Source: Cenococcum geophilum (lineage: Eukaryota). Taken from it: 64,000 nt of DNA. Below the pieces are notes generated by a model. The model ran no database searches, was not told the origin of the DNA, and saw nothing but the letters and a program-made list of their open reading frames with translations. Position numbers and translations under genes: made by a program. The stretch lies in NCBI GenBank assembly GCA_050273025.1, contig CP158635.1, forward strand, positions 21,266,001-21,330,000. The letters run 5' to 3'. Positions 1-13,000 of this stretch are shown here, piece after piece. Position 1 is the first letter of the stretch. Each line of letters opens with the position of its first letter.

Positions 1-1666
1 AAATAGCAAAGTAGAGGATAGAGACTCTAATAAATCTTTATAAGGACCTCTATTTTTTTGTAAAACTAATATAAAAAAAGATAAAGAAGTACTATAATAA
101 TAAAAGATTTAAGGGACTAGATCTAAAGGAGGGGGATAAAGTATAGTTATTATATAAAATTTTTATAAGTTAATAACTAAGTAAAAAGTTGGACCACGTT
201 AGACTAAGACTATTTAATATTATAGCTAAGATTTTAGGGGTTATATATAGACTTAACTTACTAACAAGAATAAAAATCTACCTTATATAGTATATCGCGA
301 TACTAGAGCTAGTATATAGAGATATAAAGCTACTAGTTTGTAAAGCAGATACGTATAGAGAATAAAAGGAAGATAAATAGTAGGTTTTAAGGATTATTAA
401 TTATAAGGATATTAATAATAAAATATAGTATAAAGTAAAGTAGATAGGTTATAATAAAACTACCTAGAAGCTATTATAGAACTTAAGGAAGTCTATAGAA
501 AAGGTATAGAAGTATTAGAAGAGAACGGGTTAGGTAATATTAAAAAGAAGCTAAAGATAAAGGGATTAGTTAAAGGTAATAAATAAGCCAAATTATTTAA
601 GGGATCCACTATTAGTATATAAGTTATTTCCGTCTCTTCTTAATTAGAATCCTTTTTAGCCTCCTTAGCCTTAAGCTTAAAGAGACCTTACTTAATAAAA
701 CGTATCTCTTTAGAGCGCACCTTTTTATAAACTTTTATTAAATAAAATAACCGAGTATAAGTATATAGTTAAGCTTTTAGGGCCTAAGACGCTTTATTAG
801 AATAACATTAAACCTTAGCAAGAGCTTTAGCTAGCTTACTCTCTAGTTTTTTAGTAACTACTAATATATAAGACCCTAAGACATATTAGATAAGAAATAA
901 GACGATTATAGAAAATTATAAGATATATATATTTAGCGCTAGAAACGGATTAAACGTTATAGGATAACTATATATTCGCTTATATACACTTAGTATAGAA
1001 AGAAGGTTAGTAACTAGATGGAGCTGCAATTATAATATATATTAACTTCTTTTCTATATAATAAGAATAGGACGGTATAACTTTACTAAGTAAAAAATAA
1101 ATATTACTAGCTAATTATAACGATTAGATATAAAAAATCTAATAGGAGGTATTAGAGATAATAAAGGTTATTAAATTAAAAATGGGAATGTTATACCTCT
1201 AATAAATAACTTAAAGATAGGAGATATCTTTAAGGATAAAAATAAAAAGAAGGGGAATAGTATTACGGACCTTATATTAACAGTAGCATAAATATTAAGA
1301 AAAGATATAAATAGGTTAGTTAAGATAGTATAGGAGGCACTAAAACTAATTAAGCTATAAAATAAGGGGTAGCTAAGTTATATAGCTAGTTATGTTATAA
1401 GTTCGGAATATAGGAATATAGGAATATAGAAACGTAACGTACTAACGTACTAAGCATATTTCTTAGGCGCAGTATTATATATTTAAAGGACTATAGTCCC
1501 TACCTAGATAGTTCTCTTCTTTATAGTAAATCTTAGAATATAATTTAGAGTTAATCTATTAGGTAACTACTTCACTAGTTATATTATCGTTATTAACTTA
1601 CTAGTTACCTATATACTTAGCCCATTAGTAAGTCTACTATAGTATCTCCTATAAGGCTTTATTATA
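1..1666 (+). mobile_element. Ty3/Gypsy chromovirus G0, 3' end (integrase C-terminus, chromodomain, PPT, 3' LTR 1261-1666); RIP-degenerate, 5' part outside window
   Basis: 1-530 aligns by eye with 16370-16900 and 52710-53230 (GDKVWL, KKLDHVRLGPF, chromodomain YEVKW-GY-TTWEP after de-RIP). Purine tract aaaaagaaggggaatag precedes LTR start tattacggac. LTR matches 26831-27237. Confidence 0.9.
530..1152 (-). pseudogene. Antisense accessory gene of Gypsy G0: Zn2Cys6-like cysteine cluster + intron + coiled coil (RIP-mutated)
   Basis: De-RIP reading MPP..LGEVMPSCSRCAEKKLVCVAIAAPSGRQPSSCAECTRANMRSSCDVRSVSSAE / intron / WSR..EKLESELAKALAEV. Homologous to 16890-17516 and 53225-53836. Confidence 0.7.
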
Positions 1667-1841
1667 GTTTAAAGAGAACGTTATAGACGCAATTAATTAG
1701 CTACCCTACTCGCCTAATTTAAACCCTATTAAGTACGCCTAGGTATATACGCAACTCTAAAAAGGAGGTAGTTAAGAAGCTATTTAAGGCCCTAGTAATT
1801 TACTAAAACGAGATAGCTTCTACCTTTTTCAAGTCTTTAAT
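1667..1841 (+). mobile_element. Tc1/mariner DDE transposase remnant (oldest layer)
   Basis: tag cta ccc tac tcg cct aat tta aac cct att aag tac gcc tag = WPPYSPDLNPIEHAW after de-RIP. Followed in another frame by a Tc1-like C-terminal helix (..WNEIA.TFFESLI). Confidence 0.75.
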
Positions 1842-2777
1842 TGTTAAATAGACAGTTAGGAATAAAAACTCTGTCTTATTATAAGAGGCTTTAGAGCCTT
1901 ATTATATATACTAAATAAGTAGCAAATAGAATAACAATAATGTTATTATTTAGTTGGTAATATATAATAAAAGTAGGTAATAAGACGTTTAATAAGACAT
2001 TGTATATAAATACGATCTAGTTTAATAGATAGCAATACAATAATAGTAAAGAGATTCAATTTAGGTTAATATACCCCCTTAATTATATAGAGCCTTTTAG
2101 GCTGCTATAGAAATACTAAAAAATTACGATACTAATTTGGTATTAGGTTAAAGCAATCTTTTATAGAGTTACCTTGCCTAAAATATTATCCAGAATTAAA
2201 AGGCTTTAATTACTAAATAAATATCTTATGCATTTAACGAGGTAAAGCGTTTATTAAGCTATTTACTATTATATCTATAGTAGGAACCTACTTAATATTA
2301 AGCCTTTCTTTACAAACTTCTTGGCGGAGCTAGTAGTAATAAATATTAACGTATTAGAGCTTAGCGTCGCTTTTAGTTAGGAGTTAAATCGTCTATATAT
2401 TATCGCAATATATTACTTACTTCTTAGTAATATTAAATCCGACTTCTTTAAAGAATTACTGCTACCAAATTAACTTAGTAGCTATATGCGATAGGGCTAG
2501 AAGCTCTACTTTTGTACTTAATTTTATTGCTAATCCCTGCTTAATTAATTACCAGTTAATCAGTCCTCTAAATAAGGTAAATAGATAGCCTTCTATGCTG
2601 TTCTTATTACCTAAATTATCTCTAAATAACGCGCTACTTGCCTTTGCGAAGATATAGTTTATTATATTCTCCTTAAGTACTTAATTATAAGAGTCTTAGT
2701 TTAATAAATGTAGGTAATTACCCTTATAGTAGCTGCGCTATAAATTAATAATAGATTTTAAGAGAATTTTAATAGCT
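1842..2777 (-). mobile_element. Ty1/Copia C0, 3' end (RNase H ~2220-2660, PPT ~2072-2080, probable 3' LTR 1842-2071); interrupted by Gypsy A, short continuation at 26814-26830
   Basis: Minus-strand de-RIP reading GYLFTLFGGLIDW..STEAELLALSHAATELIWWQRFF..IYCDN..HVDIHHHWLRQEV..WVPTADMVADGLTKAL is the Copia RNase H. aagggggta lies just before the LTR start. The left LTR edge is approximate. Confidence 0.8.
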
Positions 2778-3611
2778 TACTTTATAACGGGACTAGCCTA
2801 GTTATAGTAGAAACGTCTTAACAAAACACTCGACAAATAAATTCTACCGAATTCTACTAGCTTAATCGACTTCTGCTAAGTTCTGTTAAGATTAATTAAA
2901 TTTTACTAAAGTCCGTTAAAGACCGCGTACGTATATACGCACGTATCGACTACTAAGACCCCTAACTATTTAATTATAAGATTCTCTTGTTATTCCTTTC
3001 TCTTTTTTATACAACGTCTTATTCTCTATAAGAGCTATACCCCTAGATTTAGATAGAATATATTTTATTCCTTTAAGTCTGCTTTAAAGCCTCTTCGTAC
3101 CCTTATATTATGTTGCGTTAATATAACTACTATTAAAATAGTAAATAAACTTAAATCCTTTACGTTAACTATAAGTATTATAGCCCTAGTTAGGGAGCAG
3201 TTATCTATAATATAAAAGTTTTTAATAGATGCCTTAGCCTAGTAATAGGCCATATTAGAAGCTTAGTACTAGTAATTAATAGAAGTAATTCGCGAAAAAC
3301 TCTATAACGTAAAAGCACTTATATTAGAGACCCTAATACCGCTTATAAATAAGATTAAAATAATAGTATCTAAACCTGGCCTATTAAACACCAATTATAA
3401 ACTAGTAATAGTAGTATAACCCATATCTATAATAAATTTAATACCTATTATGAAATCTAAAATGCTTTCTAACCCTCTAATATTTAATAAAAATTAAAAT
3501 AACCTACGTTCCTTTATAACTAAGCTCTATTTTAAACTTTTAATAAACTATAACTAATACCCTACTAAAGCTAGTAAGGTTAGCTCTAGAATATCTTATT
3601 TAAGTAAGGAC

Positions 3612-5043
3612 GGTATATTAGTATTTTATTAAGGCGCTAAGATCCTAAAGGCCTCCTAGTAGGATTTTAATTTTCCTAATTGTTTTAGTTCTTCTAATAG
3701 GTTTCTAGTAGGCTTCTAATAGGATCTTAATCGTCCTAATTGTCCTAATAGGCTTCTACTAGGATCTTTAATTTTTCTAATTGTGCTATTTAGCTCCTAA
3801 TAGGAAACTAGTATTTCCTAATTATCCTATTAAGCTTTTAATAGGAAACTAGTATTTCCTAATCGTCCTAATAGGCTTTTAATAGGACACTAGTATTTCC
3901 TAATTATCCTATTAGGTTCCTAGCAGAATACCCCTTAAGCAATACCCCCCTAAATACGATACCCCCTCCTTAATATAATACCTCTCCCCTAATGTAATAC
4001 CTCCCCCCTAATATAACACATACCCCTATATACGCGTACGTATAATATATAGTGCTATTAGATCCCCGCTATATTCCTAATAGCCTATATATACCTCTGC
4101 TAAGTTACCTCCTTTATAGCCACCTTTTTTTTACCCTTCCTTATATCCTCCCTATCTTAGGAGTTCTAGAACGGCAGCTAGTAGAGAACTGTTACTAGAA
4201 CTAGATAACCGCCCTAAAGCTAAACAACTATTACTAGAACCAGACAACCGTCGCTAGAACTAAATAACTATTGCTAAAACTAGATAACCGTCGCTAGAAC
4301 TAGATAGATAACTACCCTAAAGCTAGATAACCGTTACTAGAACTAGACGACCGTCGCTAGAACTAGATAGCCGTCGCTAAAACTAGATAACCGTTACTAA
4401 AACTTAACCGTTGCTAGAACTAGATAACAGTTATTAAAACTAGATAACCGTTGCCAGAACCAGATAATAACTATTTAAATAACTAGCTAGCAAACACTAT
4501 AAACGATTTAATTAATTGATTAATTAAATTAAACTAAAGCTTTAATATTGGCCTATCACCGAATCAAATCAAGGCCTCCTAAGGAGGGACCTTAAATAAC
4601 TACCGTTTGAATATAATCAGAGCCTTTAATGGGGCCGACCCCTTCCCTAAATTAAATTAGATACTAATATAAGCAGGTAGGTAAGTAGGTAGGTAGGTAA
4701 ATAGGTAGATAAGTAAGTAGACAAGTAGGTAGATAAGTAGGTAGACAGGCAGATAAGTAGGTAGATAGGCACTAGGCCTAGTTAAGAAATCAATATATAG
4801 CTAGGGGATTATTGGAAACACTGGTAATTAACGGTTTAGAGCCTCTGCGGGAGCCTTACCCCTTATCTCCTTAATTAATTGCTTAACGCCTAAGTAGATA
4901 TAGACATAGACATAGACATAGGTGGTAGGTAGGAAGGATTAATTTAAATAGATAGCTTAAAGTATCCTGTATATAAAATAGGGCCTAAAATTAAACTAAT
5001 TTTTATATTTTAACTACTATAAATACTAGAGTATTAATATACC
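3612..5043. repeat. Tandem-repeat-rich insertion interrupting gag of Gypsy A
   Basis: gag reading (..SKD) breaks at ~3612 and resumes ~5050. Arrays at 3650-3920 (ctaataggatcttaattttcc-like), 3930-4010, 4190-4470 (21-mer gctagaactagataaccgtc-like), 4675-4770 (GTAG microsatellite). 4060-4520 is homologous to 47234-47650. Boundaries approximate. Confidence 0.6.
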
Positions 5044-5942
5044 TTATTTTAAACCCCTATAATAATGGAACTAAGACTTTATAAGCTTTTTCTTAGAATA
5101 TTTAGGCCTTATTAGTAAACTAGATTAGAATAAAGCCGCTAGAGTTACTGCTCTTCGTTAAGCTATTTTAGATAAAATTAGAGTATAGCTAATAGGTAAA
5201 AAACTGCTAAAAGACTTACCTAAATTTGCTATAATATGTTAACAAATTAATAAGGACCTTTAATATAATAAATGAACTTATTCTCTAAAACTAGCTACAT
5301 CTTACGTTTAGAACTCTATAAAACTAATATATACCCTAAAACGCAATCTCTTTTTAAAACTAAAAAGCCCTATATATAACCTAATGGACCTTAACGTTAC
5401 TTAATCCTATATACCCCTAGGAACTAATAAATAAAAACTAAAGCCGTAAATAGAGAATGCTTTAAATATAGTAAAAAGGACTATATTTAGAGGAACTGTT
5501 AAACTTACCCCTTTAAAAAGGTTTGCCGTAGCTCCTCCTAGTCCTTAAATTACACCTATTCTATAAATTATACTTAGTTGCTATAAAGTATCTTACCTTT
5601 AGTTAACTTAGAAAATAAATAATTCTTAGGGTTAAGTCGCATCTTAGGATAGGAAGTAGAAGAGTATTAAGTATCTAGGCTCTTTTAGCGCTAACATATA
5701 ATATAACTCCCTTAAAATACTTAGTAAAATTTAAATACTTAAAAAATAGAAGAAAGTATAAATTCTAATAGATAGCGGAGCTACTAGTATAGGCTTTATT
5801 AATATAAACTACGCGAAAACTTAACGCTTAAACTTAAAAACAACTTAATAAGCCTTAAGGCCTATAAGGCTTTAATGGTAAACCCTTAATATATAGTAAA
5901 TTAACGTACTATACTCTTATAAAAATGCAGATAGGTAAATAC

Positions 5943-6541
5943 TATAAGGTAATAAGCTCCGCACCACTCAGCCACACAAACCTATAAAAGGTAAACGAGT
6001 GATTGGCTTGATGCTAGGCATGGCTATACGGAACAATATATATAGGCGAGGTGACGAATTACCTAACAATGCATCCCTTCCAATGGCGACTGTCCTTAGG
6101 CGCAACGTTCTGTCCCGTAGGCTTAGGGGCGCAGGATTAGGCCAGGCTACGGTCGCTAATGCGTTATTATGCCTTAGGGGTTGTCGCGCTTAATATACTA
6201 GACCTCTAGCAGCTATAGCGCGGCGCCTAAAGAGGCCGCCTTGCGCTTTAATTGTAGGGACTAGCGTCTTTGGTTATGGTATTAACCCAACTAAGCTAAG
6301 GCTTAGTTGCGTAACCGGCTCCTTTAGTTATATAATTAGTAGGTTATCCCTAAGTCAGCCTAGGGTATAAACGAGGTTCGAACCTATAAGGCCCTAGGTA
6401 TTAAGCCAGTCACTATATAAAGTAATAAGCTCTGCACTACTTAGCCATATAAACCTATAAAAGGTAAACGAGTGACTGGCTTAATGCTAGGCACGGTTAT
6501 ATGAAATAATATATATAGGCGAGGTGACGAATTACCTAACA
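5943..6541 (-). mobile_element. TRIM (non-autonomous miniature LTR element), 599 bp
   Basis: 126-bp direct repeats 5943-6068 and 6416-6541; TSD AATAC at 5938-5942 and 6542-6546; minus-strand PPT ttggaagggatgcat; 347-bp internal region with no recognisable retro ORF. Confidence 0.92.
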
Positions 6542-9500
6542 AATACCTTAAATACATTTCCCTATTTATAACACCCTTAAAGTAATATAAGGTAATACTT
6601 AGACATAAATAGCTAAAATAATATAACCTTTTAATTAGCCGGGTTAAAAAAATACTAAAGTTCCGTATAACCTACTACTAAAGCTATTACTTAAAACACT
6701 ACTTACCCTATAAATATATATATAACTATTTAAATTTAATATAATATAAATTGCCCTTACTATAAACCTTAAGCTAATATAATAAAGCTATAACTACTAA
6801 TTATAGCAAAGAATATAAAGATATTGCGCTAAAATCTTTTAAATTTTATGTAATATAAGCCGCACCATTTATTTTATTAGAAAAAAAATAAAACTATAAA
6901 ATCTCTGCTATAATAATAGAAGATATTAAGAAGGCGCTAGAAATAAAGCAATATATAAACCCTTAACCTCTTATATTTAAAGAGTATTATAATCTAATTA
7001 ATAAGTTTAAAAAAGAATTTATAGACTAACTACCCCTGTACTAAGATAAGTACGATTTTAAGATAGAACTAAAACCTAGTATAATTTTAAAGTTTGGTCT
7101 ATTATATGGTATATTATATATAAAAAAACCGCCTATAATATATTAATATATTAATAAACATCTAGAAAAAGAATTAATTTGCTTTAGTTAATCTCTATTT
7201 ACCTTACCTATACTATTTATTAAAAAGCCAGAAGAAGGTTTAAAATTCTATATTAGTTATTAAGCTCTAAACGTAATTATAATATAAAACTAATATCTAA
7301 TTCCTCTGATTTAAGAAACGCTTAACTGCTTAGTAAAGGTATAGTACTTTATAGGGCTTAATATAGTTACTACCTTTAACTAAATCTATATTTATAAAGG
7401 AGATAAAAAGTATATAGCCTTTTATATATAATAGGGACTCTTCAAATACTTAATAATGCCGTTTAATATAAAATATGGTCCTAGTATATTTTAGTAATAT
7501 ATTAATAATACTCTTCGCGAATTTCTCAATATATTTATTACCGCGTATATTAATAACATCCTAACCTACTTATCTTTACTTTCTAAGTATTAAAAGCATA
7601 TCTAAATAGTTTTTAAACGCCTGTAAAATATAGCCTTATAATATAATATTAAGAAATGCAAGTTCTACGCGTTTAAGGTAATATACTTAGGCTTAATTAT
7701 ATCCTATAATGGAATTAAAATAGACCTAAAGAAAGTTGCTATAATTATAAACTAGGAAAGTCCTAGTAATGTATAAGATATTTAAGGATTTCTAGAATTT
7801 GTAAATTTTTATTATTAATTTATTAATTACCTTTTAAAACTTATTTAGTTATTAGTAAACTTAATAAGGAAGAATATAAGATTTAAATAGACTATTAAAT
7901 GTAAATAAGCCTTTAATAACCTGAAGTATTATTTTATAACCGCTCTAATTCTTACCTACTTTAATTCTAACCTTAAATATATTATTAAAATAGACTCGTC
8001 TAATTATATACTAGGAGGAGTATTATCGCAATATAACAAAACGGGCGAGCTATACCTAGTAGCTTTTCTTTTCTAGAAACTTACCCCTACTATATTAAAC
8101 TATAAGATATATAATAAGGAACTGCTTGCAATTATTAGATACTTTAAATAAGGGTGTCTAAAACTAGAAGGATTGTTATTTCTAATACACATATTAACGA
8201 ACTATAAAAACCTATAGTACTTTATAACTATAAAGCAAATAATATAGTGCTAAATTTATTAGGCCAAATACCTTTTATAATTTGGCTTTAAAATTATATA
8301 CTAACCTAGCAGACTTAATTAGAAGCCTAACTTATTAATATAATAATTATAGGATTTACTTACGAACGCCTTTAACAAATGGATTATAAATTAATTATAA
8401 ATTCTACTACCCCCTAAACACTTTAAGAAACTACGCTCTATATTTCTAGATAAAGAGCTCTATAGAAATAAATTAGAAATTAATAAACTAATAGAGTACG
8501 AATATAAGAATAACTCCTAGATAGTAGATATAATTATTAGTCACATAGGGTGACTTACTAATAACGACTACTTAAGTAGGTTATAGTAATATTAGTTAAA
8601 AAGCTTGCTTCTTTATTAACGGAGGGCGAGGAGCTTAAGGCTCCTCGCTACGCTAGTACTGTGGCGATACGTAATAACCGCTTACTTTATTTCTAACACT
8701 AGCAACTTTTCTTTTATAGTTGCCATCTATATATAAATACTGCTTAACTAGCGTAACAAATATAAATCCTCCTTACTTACTATTGCTATTATAATATAAG
8801 TCTTGCTGTTTTAAATTTTGCCTCTTAGCATATAGTGCTTTCTTACTTATAAGTTATAGGTAGATATTGTGTTAGGGCGCTAAGGCGCTAGTTATAAGCG
8901 AGCTAATAGTAATTTTCTATACCGGGTATAGAAAATCCTAATTAGCTAGTTAAAATTAGGGTTTATAAAATATTATACTCTTACTCCCTTTTAACCTAAC
9001 CTTTAACCTATATATATAGAGTATTTATATTAACAAACGTTTCTAAAGCCTTGTTTAGGTTTACCTTTATTATTATATTTACTAGGTTGTCTTAGCTATT
9101 AATTTATTAAATTTTAAAGAGTTTTTGCCGTTTATAGGATTACTAAAGTACTATAATGTTAATTATAAGGCGCTTCTCCTTTATAGTACTAAGCTTAACT
9201 AAACACTTATAAAGGGAATATAAGTCGGTATATACAATTATAGAAATAACGGTGAGTTTAAGTTAATCTATAATTATCTTTAGGGTAGTTCTAATTGTAA
9301 TTACTATATTAACTCCGCTAACTATTTTATATATCTCTAACGCTAGAACACTTTAAGTAATATATTTACTCTTAGTTAAGCTCTAATAGATAAGATTGCC
9401 GTAGATTATAAAGTTATTCTCTTTAGTAGATTTGTTTATAATAATAATCTTATATCCTAACTAGGAACTAAAATCTTTATTATTTATAAACAATCTATTA

Positions 9501-10047
9501 ACAAATATAAAGAGCTTAGCGGTAGGAAGATTAATAGGTACGTAGAGTAGTCCCTAATTAAGATGGTTTATTTACTAGGAAAGGCGCTTATTTATAGCAA
9601 GAATATTATCCTTAGTTAGTTCCTAGTATTAAGCGGCAATAGAGAGATTAAATAAAGCCTTAGGTTAATAGATAAAAGTAATATAAGCTTTATAAGCGCG
9701 TTACTCTATATATTCTTACTTTAAAGAATTAACGTTAATAACGTTAATTTTCTTACCTTAACCCTTCTGGCGTAAAGTAATAAAATTCTTATTTAGGGAG
9801 AGGATATATCTATTAAAGAGTAATAGTGTTATTAAATTAAGTTTTTCCTTTAGCTTTGCTATAAGATTTATCTTTACTAGCTCGTCTTCTTTAAGAGCTA
9901 AAAATTGGTCGTCTCCTAAGATAATTATATTATTAGTTTATATGCCAATAATTCTAAATGGGGTTCCCGTGGTTATAATAAGGAAGTATAAATTAAATAT
10001 AGAAGTAGTTATTAAAAGTTTCTCTTTATAGTGCTTGCTATAGGTAG

Positions 10048-13000
10048 TATTACGGACGCTTTAAGTACGATATTATAACTACTTAGAGAAGAGTTGGAAG
10101 AAGCTAGTTGGTTAATATAGGCACGGTCTAGGATGGATCCGGTAGAACTATATAACGAGAAATAGTAACTAAGTCACGTAATGTAATCTATATAATCTAT
10201 ATAATCTATATAATCCGCAATAGAGTAGATAGAGTATACGTACCTTACGTATAAGGAGGGTTTCTTAGGAGTATGGTTGTATATTTAAAGGACCACAGTC
10301 CCTACTCTAGATAGTTCTTTCCTTACAGTAATTCTCAGAATACAATTAGAGTTAATCTATTAGGCAACCACTCTACTAGTTATTATTACGTTATTAACTT
10401 ACTTATAATACCTATATACCTAGCCTAATAATAAGCCCATTGTAGTACTTGCTATAAGGTTCCGTTATATAATTACTACCTAGTTACGGTTTTAATAAGT
10501 TAAATAATATGCCACTAAAAGCAGCCACTATAACACCATTAATGGCGGTAACTACTTTAAGGTCTAGAGGCGACACTAGTATAGCAGATACTAACTTATA
10601 ACAACCTATAACGGTTAAACAATTATAAGAGATAGTTAACTAGTTAACAGAGAATAATGCGACACTTAAATAAAGGATTAATAGGATAGGCGTAGTAAAG
10701 GTTAAGTTACTATTAATTAAAAGATTCTTAGGAGAAAGATTAAAGCTTAAAGGATTTCTTACGCAAATACACTTTAAGGTAGCGCAGGAAGGAGTAAAGC
10801 TAGTAATACCTATAGATTAAATAGCTTACGCGGGATTATTCTTGTTAGGAAGAGCACTTAAATAGTTTAAGCCTTACCTTATAGAAATATAAGCAAATGG
10901 AATAATAACCACTAATTAAGAGGTGTGGTTTATATTCTTAAGTTAGGAGGGATTTATAGAGCGACTTATACAAATATTTGGAGACCTGGAGGTAGTAACT
11001 ATAGCGGAAAGAAAACTCCAAGATATTACGTAATAAACTTTAGCAATTAAGTATATAATACAGTTCTAAACGCTAGCTATATAAGTTAAGTGGAATAATA
11101 GGGCGCTTATAGCATAGTATAAATAGGGACTTAAGGCTAAAGTCTAGGACGTAATTATTTTAATAGAAGATGCGGACACCCTAAGGGAATTAATAGATTA
11201 AGCGATAAAGATTAATAATAGGATCTTCTAAAGGGAACAGACTAAGAGAGATTAGGATAGAGTTCTATAGTCGTATAAGGCGCAAAGTACGCAACAACTA
11301 AAGCTAAATTAGAAACTATAGTATAGCGCAGAGCTAATAGACCTAAGCAGTACTAAAGAAGCCTATAAGAGATAGAGTAAGAAACTATAAAAACCTAGAG
11401 GTTAAGGATCTAGTAATTACAGAACTAAGAAGTAAAGGCTAAACTAGGGATCTTATTAGCAGAAGACGTTTAGGCGGACTCTATAGTAAAGTTAATAGTT
11501 TAAAGATGGAGCTTATATAAATTGCAGGAAATAGGGTTATTTCGCAAGGGATTATAAAGATAGTTAGAGTTACTATATAATAAAGGGAACCTAACTAGCA
11601 AAAGACACACACGTATAGAGGGACGATAGTGTACTATAAGGAATAAAAGAATGTTTAATTAGGAGTTTCGCGTTTTGTTATAATAACGCATACTAAATTT
11701 ATAAAAACGCTAAGTACGGCGCAAGCTATTAGCTATAAAAGCTAAAGTTAAGAGGACTTAGAGGAACTAAAGAGTTAGATAAAAAAATAAGATTAACTCT
11801 ATAAGCTAAATTAGGATGTTATAGTAACATACGGACAATAATTAGCGACGATAATAATGGAATTAGAGTATTTATTAATTAATAGCGATAAGGATAGTAA
11901 GGGAACTAACTAGGGGTATCTAAACCTTAATAACGCGATAGAAGTAGAGACTAAGACCGCCATAGAGTAAGGTTTAGTAACGGGCATTATAACACCGTTG
12001 GATACGGCATCCATCGCTTTATAAGATAAAAGGAGCAATATCTAAAGACGATTAAGTAAGTAGATAACTACTAGTACTAGCTTACCACTTAATAAAGGCA
12101 AAAGGCTAAAGGCTTAAGATTCTTAAGACGAGATAAGAGAGATCTAAGACTCCAAAGATAGGATAAGGACAGCTTAAGGACCTATAACGGACAAAAACCG
12201 ATGGAGTAGAGCAGCGGCTTAATTTAAAGATATATAAATAAGCGAGGGATAAGAGTTCCTAACGGCATAAGATTCTTAAGACAAGATAAGTAAGATTTAA
12301 GACTCTTAAGACGAGATAAGAACACTATAGACGCCTAGTTAGACTAAGGCGAGAGCTAAACTTAAGTTAAAAGCAAGCTTAGGATTAAGAATCTTATAGG
12401 ACTAAGATTTTAATAAATAAATAAGGACTATTAACAAAATTAGAGAATCCGTAATATAAATAGCAGTTAAACTAGGAGACAGATATATAGATCTAGAAGA
12501 CTTACTAGGGAAATATAGTGTTTAGCCTAAAGATTAAAAAGTTAATACTAAGATTAAGAAGTAAGAGAACTTTAAGGATCCACTTATAAGACGCGATAGA
12601 AAAGAAACCATAGAGGAATTTAGAGTAAGGATTACCTTATAGCAAGAATAGAAACTAGATAAGAGATCTAGTATATTAGGACGTATAAGGGACAGAGTAC
12701 CTATATAAAAAGTCACTAATAGGCTTAGAGTAGGTATACTAAGAGCCAAGTAGCTTACCAAACTGGAATAAGAAGAGGATCTAGGGATTTTAATTAGGTT
12801 TAAAGAATAATATATAAAGGGCTGTTATAACGCAGTAATAAGAAGATACTTCCTTACAAATAAGCCGTATATACTTAAAGGGTTATACTAAAAGTGGTAT
12901 AAACAACGATATAATAATAAGTAGGAAGATTTTTATATATAGTTAGATAAGAAAGTTATCTAAAACCACCTAATTATAAAAAAGGCTATAACACATATTA

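Noticed and set aside
2180..2225. LLILD motif suggesting a pogo DDE_1 transposase
   Set aside because: The upstream frame is clearly Copia RNase H; the match is coincidental.
5999..6193. 64-aa ORF in the TRIM
   Set aside because: Starts inside the LTR on the strand opposite to element polarity; GTG start; no recognisable domain.
6371..6390. ggttcgaacc B-box/tRNA T-loop-like motif in the TRIM
   Set aside because: No pairing T-stem, A-box or cloverleaf could be built; not called a tRNA or SINE.
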